From assembly GCA_026625185.1 (NCBI GenBank), contig CP113000.1, positions 1,785,622 to 1,817,621 of the forward strand: a stretch of DNA of 32,000 bases, read 5' to 3'. The DNA comes from Thermodesulfobacteriota bacterium (GTDB lineage: Bacteria > Desulfobacterota > WTBG01 > JAGOGO01). Numbering within the stretch: the stretch's first letter is position 1; each line of letters begins with the position of its first letter. The translations under genes were made by a program, and so were the position numbers. The notes under the pieces are model-generated. The model searched no databases, had not been told where the DNA came from, and saw nothing but the letters and a program-made list of their open reading frames with translations. This document shows, in pieces, positions 8,736-16,124 of this stretch.

Positions 8736-10033
8736 TTGTTTCCGAAGACCCGTTCGAAAATGTAATCAAGGTGGCGGAAGTGATGATCGAGTTCAAAGGC
8801 GGTTTCAACCTCGGTGACCGTTAAGTAGCGTAACACCTCAGGATCATGCAACAGGGTAGTCTTGAAGTCTTTGTTTTTATCATCCCAGACCTCCATGGCA
8901 TTTTTTTGCACTATTCGGTAGGCCTCCTCACGGGGAATGCCTTTTTTCGTTAACAGCAGAAGGATTGCCTCTGAAAAAATGAGACCCCTCGATTTTTCAA
9001 GATTTTCTTTCATCCTTTCCGGATAGACCACCAATTTTTCTATAACCCCGGAAAGCCGGTTGAGCATAAAGTCAAGGAGAATAGTTGAATCAGGTGCGAC
9101 AACCCGTTCGGCTGAAGAATGGCTAATATCTCGTTCGTGCCAGAGTGAAACATTTTCCAATGCTGCTATGGCATTGGATCGCACGAGTCGAGCGAGCCCG
9201 GTAATGTTTTCTGAAAGAACAGGGTTTCTTTTATGGGGCATGGCGGATGATCCTTTTTGTCCTGGAAAGAAAAACTCTTCGGACTCGAGAACCTCAGTTC
9301 TTTGTAAGTGTCTTATTTCAAATGAAAATTTTTCTAAAGAACTCGCGATTATCGCTAACGTGGCAAAAAAGGCCGCATGCCGGTCTCTTTGAATAACCTG
9401 GGTTGATATCGGATCAGGTTGCAATCCAAGATGGGCGCATACATACTCCTCAACGTTTGGTGCAAGATGGGCAAAGGTACCAACCGCTCCCGAGATTTTG
9501 CCAAAACTGATATTTTCTTTTGCTGCCAAAAGTCTTTCCCGGTTACGGCGCATCTCTTCATGCCAGAGGGCCATTTTGAGGCCAAAGGTGATGGGTTCAG
9601 CATGGATTCCATGGGTGCGCCCAATCATTATGGTATTTTTATAATGATAAGCTTTATTTTTGAGGATATCCATAAAATGTTCGATATCCTCAAGCAGGAG
9701 TTCACTTGCTTCTTTAAGCTGGCACGCAAAACAGGTATCGAGTACATCTGAAGAGGTAAGCCCCAGATGGAGATAACGGGCATCAGGCCCGATATGTTCT
9801 CCTACGCAGGTTAGAAATGCGATCACATCATGCTTTACCACTTCCTCAATCTCATCAATCCGAGAAACGGAAAAACGCGCATTTTTTTTAATATTTTCGC
9901 TGGCCTCCAGAGGAATTTCTCCCCTTTCTGCAAGGGCTTCACAAACCAGGATTTCAATTTTGAGCCAGAGATCAAATTTATTTTCAGTTTCCCAGATTTT
10001 AGCCATTTTTTCCCTGGTATAACGCGGTATCAT
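8732..10033 (-). CDS. purB: Adenylosuccinate lyase
   Basis: Signature GSSAMPHKRNP, with full-length similarity to the PurB/fumarate lyase family. Start is set at MIPRYT (10033) because a GGAGG SD lies 5 nt upstream. The ORF-track start at 10045 is an alternative. Confidence 0.95.
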   Translation of the reverse strand: MIPRYTREKMAKIWETENKFDLWLKIEILVCEALAERGEIPLEASENIKKNARFSVSRIDEIEEVVKHDVIAFLTCVGEHIGPDARYLHLGLTSSDVLDTCFACQLKEASELLLEDIEHFMDILKNKAYHYKNTIMIGRTHGIHAEPITFGLKMALWHEEMRRNRERLLAAKENISFGKISGAVGTFAHLAPNVEEYVCAHLGLQPDPISTQVIQRDRHAAFFATLAIIASSLEKFSFEIRHLQRTEVLESEEFFFPGQKGSSAMPHKRNPVLSENITGLARLVRSNAIAALENVSLWHERDISHSSAERVVAPDSTILLDFMLNRLSGVIEKLVVYPERMKENLEKSRGLIFSEAILLLLTKKGIPREEAYRIVQKNAMEVWDDKNKDFKTTLLHDPEVLRYLTVTEVETAFELDHHFRHLDYIFERVFGNK

Positions 10034-10127
10034 CATTGCCTCCATGCGTTGAGTGATTTTTTAAGAATTTATTTTTAACATTTAACCCCTGGTAGTTCAA
10101 GTTATTACTTTTTATTGTTCCTTTTTA

Positions 10128-10156
10128 TTGACATTTATTAATAAGGAAATTATAAA
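10128..10156 (+). promoter_or_regulatory. Candidate sigma-70 promoter for the small basic protein genes
   Basis: TTGACA (10128-10133), a 17-nt spacer, then TATAAA (10151-10156). It lies about 70 nt upstream of ATG 10229. Confidence 0.55.
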
Positions 10157-10228
10157 GATAAAAATTTAAGCGTTTTATAGTGTAAAAAGATACATGAGCT
10201 TATTAATAAATCAGGATAAGGTAAAGTT

Positions 10229-10324
10229 ATGGGAAGCGTTGTAAAAAAGCGTAGAAAAAAGATGACAAAACACAAACACAGAAAACTTTTGTCTCGCACT
10301 CGGCATGCACGGAAAAAGAAGTAG
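10229..10324 (+). CDS. 31-aa bS22-like / AURKAIP1-COX24-domain small ribosomal protein
   Basis: Hand translation gives MGSVVKKRRKKMTKHKHRKLLSRTRHARKKK-stop. From memory this closely resembles mycobacterial bS22 (MGSVIKKRRKRM..KKKHRKLL..TR...). It is below the 60-aa cut-off of the ORF track. The minus-strand ORFs drawn here are F/S-rich shadows. Confidence 0.7.
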   Translation: MGSVVKKRRKKMTKHKHRKLLSRTRHARKKK

Positions 10325-10406
10325 GGCTTGATCGAACTGCCCGAAGAAGATTTTTTACGGGATGCCAAAAAACCTTTAAACAAAAAAATTTTTCAGAAGG
10401 AAAACC

Positions 10407-10580
10407 ATGCCGAAAATAGAGCGAAAAAAAGAGCTGGATCGAAGACGCAAAAGAAAATGCGAACGGCGAAGAGAAAAAAATAAAGTCCTCCGCACACAAT
10501 GGGAACAAAAAAAGCAGGAAAAAAAGGAAGAGAGGATTGTCATTAAAAAGGCAGTTACCAAGGTTCCTTCTCCAGAATAA
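10407..10580 (+). CDS. 57-aa highly basic hypothetical protein
   Basis: AAGGA SD at 10396-10400, then ATG 10407. Translation is MPKIERKKELDRRRKRKCERRREKNKVLRTQWEQKKQEKKEERIVIKKAVTKVPSPE-stop. It shares strand and probably transcript with the bS22-like gene. No family is recognised. Confidence 0.5.
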   Translation: MPKIERKKELDRRRKRKCERRREKNKVLRTQWEQKKQEKKEERIVIKKAVTKVPSPE

Positions 10581-10709
10581 AAAAAGAAGTCAACTACTAT
10601 TGGCTAAAGCCGGTAGCTTGAATTTCGTCTGTACGCCGACTAAAGTTCTCCATTAAGCCTACTTTCTTTTTGATTCCCCGGTTTCATTTTTTATCGCATT
10701 CCCCATTAG

Positions 10710-11345
10710 TTACGTGCCTTGGGGTTTGCGCCAGAGTTCTCCCAAAAATAAAGGTAATTCTCCCGCACAGTAAGGCCCAACCTTTACTGCCCAGCCGGTT
10801 TTGGCTTCGATGTCACTTTTTATGGGAGCGGTGACTCCGGGAAAGATAAGCTCGCGGTGTTTTACCCGGGACGCAAGCTGAGTTTCGTCTATCGCCTTAA
10901 GAACGTTTTCGGCAGTGAAAGTTTGATAGACCATTGCCATATCAACGGTGTGACCGAGGCAATCAACAAAAAGGAGATAAAAAGGTGCCGTGGTCGTGCA
11001 AAGGATAGCCATAAGCACGTCCTGGGTGGAAAGCGCATTACCCGTGACCAGTATGGGTGATTCTGGTCCTGCCTGGTTAATTTCGTGAAGCCCCAAAATT
11101 CCTGAAACCGGATGCTGGGTTATTTCTATTTTAGGTAAAAACGCATTAAGCGAAAGCACGATCTCTACTGCGTAAGCAAGGTTGGGTGTTATTTGCTTAC
11201 ACGGAGCGGTTTGTGCCTTCCGTTCTTGTAATATGTGCAGCCATTCCTTACAGGAAGTAAAGCCACATGAATTTTTGCAGACGCCTTGAGGAAGATATTT
11301 TTCAATATCAATCAGCTCAAGGTAAAGGTCCGATTTTAGTGACAT
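10710..11345 (-). CDS. Compact Fe-S plus corrinoid-binding-domain protein (CFeSP gamma-subunit / HgcA-like)
   Basis: GAGG SD upstream of ATG 11345. The N-terminus LPQGVCKNSCGFTSCKEWLHILQERKAQTAPC gives C-x3-C-x4-C-x16-C, close to the CdhE/AcsC and RnfB Fe-S motif LPxxNCxxCGxxTC...C. The C-terminal part (SPILVTGN..., VKHRELIFPGVTAP..., GPYCAGELPLFL) resembles the corrinoid domain of CFeSP/HgcA as I remember it. Confidence 0.6.
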   Translation of the reverse strand: MSLKSDLYLELIDIEKYLPQGVCKNSCGFTSCKEWLHILQERKAQTAPCKQITPNLAYAVEIVLSLNAFLPKIEITQHPVSGILGLHEINQAGPESPILVTGNALSTQDVLMAILCTTTAPFYLLFVDCLGHTVDMAMVYQTFTAENVLKAIDETQLASRVKHRELIFPGVTAPIKSDIEAKTGWAVKVGPYCAGELPLFLGELWRKPQGT

Positions 11346-11377
11346 GGTAACAACCTCGCGCTCTGGGAATACAATAA

Positions 11378-11890
11378 TTAAGCGCCAACAGGTTTTTCTT
11401 TACGTTCTAATAATGCTTGGAGTCGTTCAATCAGCACTACCTGAGCATGGTTTATTTTTTGTTTGGCAGTTTCGCTGTCAAAAAAAGCGCCCTGGTCAAT
11501 TTCTGGAAATTCCTGTTTTTGCCCGGAGTGCGGTGGCCACTCAATTTTAAAGGTATTGCTTCTTATTGGTTTATTCTTATCCCAGTCCCCTGCAAATGCC
11601 CAGGCATGCACAATTTTACCGTTTTTCTGTTTGATGTGCCCGAGCGAAATATACTCACCTTCCGGTTTGATTCCGGTTTCCTCTTCAAACTCACGGAGAG
11701 CGGTTTGCAGAAGGTCTTCCTCTGCGTCAACTTCGCCTTTGGGAATACTCCATACTCCCTCATTCTTTTTAGCGAAAAAAGGCCCTCCTGGATGGCCTAG
11801 GAAGATTTCAAGTGCACTCCCGCTAAGGCGATACATAAGCAGTCCCGCGCTCACCTGGGAGCGGTGCTGTTTTTTATTTTCTGCCAACAT
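11378..11890 (-). CDS. NUDIX hydrolase (COG4119-like)
   Basis: Perfect Nudix box GEVDAEEDLLQTALREFEEETGI (Gx5Ex7REUxEExGU). Confidence 0.9.
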   Translation of the reverse strand: MLAENKKQHRSQVSAGLLMYRLSGSALEIFLGHPGGPFFAKKNEGVWSIPKGEVDAEEDLLQTALREFEEETGIKPEGEYISLGHIKQKNGKIVHAWAFAGDWDKNKPIRSNTFKIEWPPHSGQKQEFPEIDQGAFFDSETAKQKINHAQVVLIERLQALLERKEKPVGA

Positions 11891-11906
11891 GATTACAAAT
11901 CTTTTT

Positions 11907-11927
11907 ACGTTAAAAACTTTTTAACGT
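11907..11927. promoter_or_regulatory. Perfect 10+10 bp palindrome (candidate operator) upstream of the NUDIX gene
   Basis: ACGTTAAAAA-c-TTTTTAACGT, located 17-37 nt upstream of the NUDIX ATG (11890, minus strand). No T-run follows on either strand, so it is unlikely to be a terminator. Confidence 0.35.
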
Positions 11928-11965
11928 CTTATGATAGTGGAATAAAAACCTTTGTCAAATGACTC

Positions 11966-12089
11966 ATACCAAGTTGCATTTAAAGCAGATCGAGGCGGCG
12001 ACGAGGAATCGATGCAGGCGTACGTTTTAGTACGTCGAGGAGTAGGAGGAGAAGAGAACAAAAATATGCAAATAAAGGCAACTTGGTAT
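11966..12089. repeat. Short inverted-repeat-bounded intergenic element
   Basis: 12-bp perfect terminal inverted repeat ATACCAAGTTGC (11966-11977) / GCAACTTGGTAT (12078-12089) flanking 100 bp. The interior carries small hairpins (CGTAC-gtttta-GTACG). It directly abuts the IS remnant. Confidence 0.4.
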
Positions 12090-12134
12090 CATTATCCGGC
12101 GAATCAGCGGAAATGATTGAGGTTACCAAGAATA

Positions 12135-12872
12135 GGCAAATAAATATTTAAAAATTATCCGTAAATAATTTATTGCAATGATTAAGGAATTTATGGTATT
12201 ATGAGCCATGAGCGCTTTAAAATCATGGACAATGTCCGACGAACTCTGGGAACGGGTCGAGCCGCTGATTCCAAAAAGAAAGCGTCCGAGGAAGCGTAAA
12301 TATTTTCGGCGGCCTGGAGGTGGCCGCAAACCTATGGAGTCCCGAAAAGTCTTTGAAGGCATTATCTTCGTATTGCGCACCGGGTGCCAATGGAAGGCCT
12401 TGCCGAAAAAGGAATTTGGCAGCGCCAGTTCCATCCACCAGTACTTTTTGGAGTGGAAACGGAAAGGGGTATTTTCGCGTCTTTGGAGTAAGGGACTGGC
12501 GGAATACGACGAGATGGAAGGGATCGCTTGGTCGTGGCAAGGCATAGATGTAGGGACGGTAAAAGCCTCTTTAGCTTTGGAGGCCGTGGGAGCGAATCCG
12601 ACGGATCGGGGGAAAAAATGGGAGCAAGAGAAACCTTCTTGTCGACGGGAATGGAATCCCGCCGTCGTTAGTCGTCAGCGGAGCTCCGCGGCATGAGGTG
12701 AAGTTATTAGAGCCGACGCCGGACCCATATGGTAAATGAGCGGCGCTCGGGAAAGGGAACTCCTCGACAGCATCTAACAACTGCCGCTTACGAGGGCTTA
12801 TTGGAATTAGCATCTGCATTAATTGCTTTTCGTCAAATGATTGTTATTTACGGATAAGTTATAAATTGCCAA
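12135..12872 (+). mobile_element. Decayed IS5-family insertion sequence
   Basis: Inverted repeats TTATCCGTAAATAA (12155-12168) and TTATTTACGGATAA (12844-12857), with weaker similarity extending outward (GGCAAATAAATA vs GGCAATTTATAA). The element encloses a broken DUF4096/DDE transposase gene. Confidence 0.7.
12208..12860 (+). pseudogene. IS5-family transposase pseudogene (frameshift plus internal deletion)
   Basis: The N-terminus MSDELWERVEPLIP...RKVFEGIIFVLRTGCQWKALP...GANPTDRGKK is typical of the family. An extra T at about 12619 shifts the frame, and the homologous reading GSKRNLLVDGNGIPPSLVVSGAPRHEV continues in +1 and then hits a stop. The conserved C-terminus ELASALIAFRQMIVIYG-stop (ending 12857) is in yet another frame. 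The DDE core between QHL..AY and the C-terminus is largely missing. Confidence 0.75.
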
Positions 12873-13048
12873 AAAGGTGTTCTATCTTTTTTGTTGGGTA
12901 CAGATTGTCATACCCCTCTATCCTTCAAAAGTTTCTTGTTGTAGGAAAGAGAGTGTTAACCATTATTTTTTAATAGTTACAATAGGTTAAAAAATCTTAA
13001 AATCCTTTCGGAAAATTGTTGTATTATCATAATGTTAGCAAGTAAGTA

Positions 13049-13076
13049 TTGACAAATTTCCAAAAAATTTTAATTT
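13049..13076 (+). promoter_or_regulatory. Possible sigma-70 promoter for hisG
   Basis: TTGACA (13049-13054), a 16-nt spacer, then TAATTT (13071-13076). The -10 element is weak. Confidence 0.3.
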
Positions 13077-13134
13077 TAAGGCCGGAGTGCGAAACCATTT
13101 TTAGAATAATTACTTGTAACGATGAGGATTATTG

Positions 13135-14010
13135 ATGGAAAAAATTCTTAAATTAGGAGTTCCTAAGGGGAGTTTAGAAAACGCTACCATCGAGCTTTTC
13201 CGTAAATCCGGGTGGCGGATTTCGACTAGCTCAAGAAGTTATTTCCCCAGTATAGATGATGAAGAGCTTGCCTGTCGTCTTATCCGCGCTCAAGAGATGT
13301 CGTGGCATGTAGAAAGCGGAGCAATTGATCTCGGGATTACCGGCATCGACTGGATCAAGGAAAATGAGTCAGACGTGGTAGTAGTCCAAGACTTGGTTTA
13401 CTCCAAATCAACTCTTAAGCCAGCCCGCTGGGTTCTGGTAGTAAAAGAAAATTCTCCGGTTAAAAAAGCGGAAGATTTGGCGGGGAAAAAGATTTCTACC
13501 GAACTGGTAAATTTTACGAAAAAATATTTTGCTGAGAAAAATGTCAAGGTAGAAGTTGAATTTTCCTGGGGCGCGACGGAAGCCAAGGTCGTGGATGGGT
13601 TGGTCGATGCTATTGTTGAAGTTACGGAAACCGGCAGCACTCTGAGGGCGCACAATTTGCGAATTGTCCAGGAAATGATGACGACCAATCCTCAGTTGAT
13701 CGCCAATAAACAGGCCTGGCAAGAGCCCTGGAAGCGCGCGAAGATTGAACAGATCGCGCTGTTGCTCAAAGGCGCTCTCCAGGCAGAAATGATGGTGGGT
13801 CTGAAAATGAATGTTCCCAAAGATAAATTAGATGCCATTATAAAACTTTTGCCGAGCCTTACTTCGCCGACGATCGCCGGTCTTTACAATTCGGATTGGT
13901 ATTCAATCGAAACGATTATCTCCGAAACCATGGTCCGGGAACTCATTCCGCAACTACAAAAAAATGGAGCTGAAGGGGTAATTGAGTATCCGCTCAATAA
14001 GGTAATCTAA
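13135..14010 (+). CDS. hisG: ATP phosphoribosyltransferase, long form
   Basis: LGVPKGSL N-terminus and the [14 protein letters not shown] motif. The length of about 291 aa includes the C-terminal regulatory domain. ATG 13135 is preferred over TTG 13132. Confidence 0.95.
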   Translation: MEKILKLGVPKGSLENATIELFRKSGWRISTSSRSYFPSIDDEELACRLIRAQEMSWHVESGAIDLGITGIDWIKENESDVVVVQDLVYSKSTLKPARWVLVVKENSPVKKAEDLAGKKISTELVNFTKKYFAEKNVKVEVEFSWGATEAKVVDGLVDAIVEVTETGSTLRAHNLRIVQEMMTTNPQLIANKQAWQEPWKRAKIEQIALLLKGALQAEMMVGLKMNVPKDKLDAIIKLLPSLTSPTIAGLYNSDWYSIETIISETMVRELIPQLQKNGAEGVIEYPLNKVI

Positions 14011-14025
14011 AGAAAAAAGGGGGGG

Positions 14026-15819
14026 TTAAAAAATCACTCTTACCCCTCCCAAATCCTGAATGGTGAAGGTGTGCTTCTCTTCAGGTGCACCGATAAACAT
14101 ATTATTGATAGAAATGTTAAATTCTTTAGAAAATCGTTTCACTGCCTCGGGTCCAAAATCTCCTTGCCGACAAATAAACTCGATGTGTATTTCGTTATAA
14201 GTACGGTTAAGTACTTCTAAGTCTGATTTTAAACGCGCCACCACTTCGTTGTCTATCTTATTTTGAAGATAAACAACGTATACTTTTTGGCTATCTTCGT
14301 TCTTGATAATGTAATCAAACGCACGTCTAAGCTTGGGCAGGTTACCACCACGAGTAAAAACCAATACTTCCTGGCTGGTGATATCCATGATTTTATCAAC
14401 GAGCATTGAGCGCCAGAGAAAGAATTTTTCCATGAGCGCCTTTTCCCGATGAAGAAAAAATTTTTTCATGAGTCGATTTTCGATCTGGACAATAAATTTA
14501 AGAATTTTTATCCGGGCATATACAATAGTAATTACCACCACCGTCGGGATAAAATAGGTTAAAAAATAGAGGAGGTTTTTAAAATCGATAATAATATTTC
14601 CCAGAATTCCTGCCCCAGCAGCAAAAAGACCGAGCAATACGGTGGGCCATCCGGCACGCAAGGTTCTTTTCAACTCTTTTCGGTTTACTTTCAAAAGTAT
14701 GTTTCCCAAGGCAAACAAAGTCATGACCCCCAAAAAAGATATGGTATAAACCCCAGCTAAAGTAAAAAGATTTCCACCGGTTAGGAAAAGGATAGAAGTG
14801 CAAAGAAGGAAAAAACCTATAATGATCCGATGATAGGTTCCTCTTAGCTTATTTTGTTTGAGAAAAAATTGGGGTAGACACTGGTCAAGAGTCATTCTCC
14901 GGACTAATCCGGTGACTCCCACATAACTGGTTAAAACAGCTCCTGAAAGTACTAAAAATGCATCGAAAACAATGAGAACGCGGAAGCTCTTCCCCGCAAG
15001 GATATTTCCCAAATGAGCCAAAAGATAATCCTGATTTTTGTTTATATGTTCCATGGGGAGAAGATTCAGGGAAATAAGGGAGATGAGCGGGTTAAAGATC
15101 AATACCATCAGCCACATGTTGCGAAGAGTTTTTCTAAAAACTCCTAGCTTTTGCTCTTCCACGAAATTAGCTGAGCTTTCAAATCCGCTTACCCCCAGAA
15201 GTGCGGAAGAAAAACCGAGAAAAAGGATGAAAATTAAATGGTTGGTCTCAATCGGCACATGGGACCAATTAGCTACCAGGATTGTGAAACCTTCCGAAAA
15301 AACCCGAACTATTCCCAGAACGCATAGTGCGGTAAGCGTTATAATATGAACGAGGAAAATTAAAAATGCTACAATTGCCGACTCCCCGATGCCGATAATA
15401 TTCAGGATCGCCAAGACTCCTAATACTCCGATTGTTGTTCCCATCACTTCCAACGATGGGGCAAGCGAATGCAGATAGCTGACCGCAGTCTTGCCGGAAA
15501 TGACCGCAGTGGCAATATAAGAAAGAATGGTCATACAGGCGGCTAAAGCGGCAGAAAATTTTGAAGTGCTGTTTAAAAGGCAGTTGTAAGCGCCGCCATT
15601 GAGAGGAAGGGCTTCAACTACCTCCGCATAAATTTTTAGATATAAATACAAAACGATGGCAACCAGGAGGAGAACAATGGGGGCTAATGCGCCCACATAA
15701 AAAGCAGCTATACCGGCAACATAAAGACAGGACGAGGTAATATCATTTCCGCAAATACCCGTCGACAACCATTGTCCCAGCTTTCTCGGAGCCTTTAACG
15801 ATATTTGAACATCCATCAA
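14026..15819 (-). CDS. APC-superfamily permease with a C-terminal cytoplasmic domain of about 150 aa
   Basis: About 12 hydrophobic helices. The N-terminal GNDITSSCLYVAG motif is typical of APC permeases. The soluble tail runs from about 14026 to 14499. Confidence 0.85.
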   Translation of the reverse strand: MMDVQISLKAPRKLGQWLSTGICGNDITSSCLYVAGIAAFYVGALAPIVLLLVAIVLYLYLKIYAEVVEALPLNGGAYNCLLNSTSKFSAALAACMTILSYIATAVISGKTAVSYLHSLAPSLEVMGTTIGVLGVLAILNIIGIGESAIVAFLIFLVHIITLTALCVLGIVRVFSEGFTILVANWSHVPIETNHLIFILFLGFSSALLGVSGFESSANFVEEQKLGVFRKTLRNMWLMVLIFNPLISLISLNLLPMEHINKNQDYLLAHLGNILAGKSFRVLIVFDAFLVLSGAVLTSYVGVTGLVRRMTLDQCLPQFFLKQNKLRGTYHRIIIGFFLLCTSILFLTGGNLFTLAGVYTISFLGVMTLFALGNILLKVNRKELKRTLRAGWPTVLLGLFAAGAGILGNIIIDFKNLLYFLTYFIPTVVVITIVYARIKILKFIVQIENRLMKKFFLHREKALMEKFFLWRSMLVDKIMDITSQEVLVFTRGGNLPKLRRAFDYIIKNEDSQKVYVVYLQNKIDNEVVARLKSDLEVLNRTYNEIHIEFICRQGDFGPEAVKRFSKEFNISINNMFIGAPEEKHTFTIQDLGGVRVIF

Positions 15820-16049
15820 TTTTTTCCTTAAAGAAGGACTTCTTGAAATTATCCGGGGTTTCTTGATGTTGCCACTGCAAAAAAGAATATTTAAGGGAAT
15901 TATGAGATAAAGTCAATCGGAGAAAAAATTTAATATTTTTAGCCCTTGGGATATTGTTCTTCCTACCTTATCCTAAGGCCCAAGAGGGGAATAGTGTTTT
16001 TTGAAAAAAGCTTTAGCCATTTTTTATAAAAAATGAAATTTTTAATCCC

Positions 16050-16078
16050 TTGAAAGGTAATATTTTTTGGACTATAGT
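16050..16078 (+). promoter_or_regulatory. Candidate sigma-70 promoter for murA-hisD
   Basis: TTGAAA (16050-16055), a 17-nt spacer, then TATAGT (16073-16078). It lies about 45 nt upstream of the murA ATG. Confidence 0.55.
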
Positions 16079-16124
16079 GGAAGCCGGAACTTAATCAGGC
16101 AGATCGAGCTAACGTGCAAAATTT

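Noticed and set aside
8896-8910. Sigma-54-like TGGCAT-tttt-TTGCA
   Set aside because: The spacer is one nucleotide too short (N4). The site lies inside purB on the antisense strand with nothing downstream to express.
10150-10561. Three overlapping minus-strand ORFs (77, 93 and 61 aa) rich in F, S and L
   Set aside because: They are antisense shadows of an A-rich plus strand that encodes the two small basic proteins. They show low-complexity composition and no SD sequences, whereas a near-consensus promoter points the other way.
10581-10709. Intergenic stretch inspected for a tRNA or small RNA (GGCTAAAGCCGGTAGC...)
   Set aside because: I could find no cloverleaf, no T-loop GTTCGAA-type motif and no stable hairpin. 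Across the whole window I also saw no tRNA, rRNA, tmRNA, SRP RNA or RNase P signatures and no CRISPR-like direct repeats.
12123-12819. Minus-strand ORFs (140, 105 and 82 aa) across the IS remnant
   Set aside because: They are antisense to a recognisable, though broken, IS5 transposase reading frame. No motifs and no translation signals were found.
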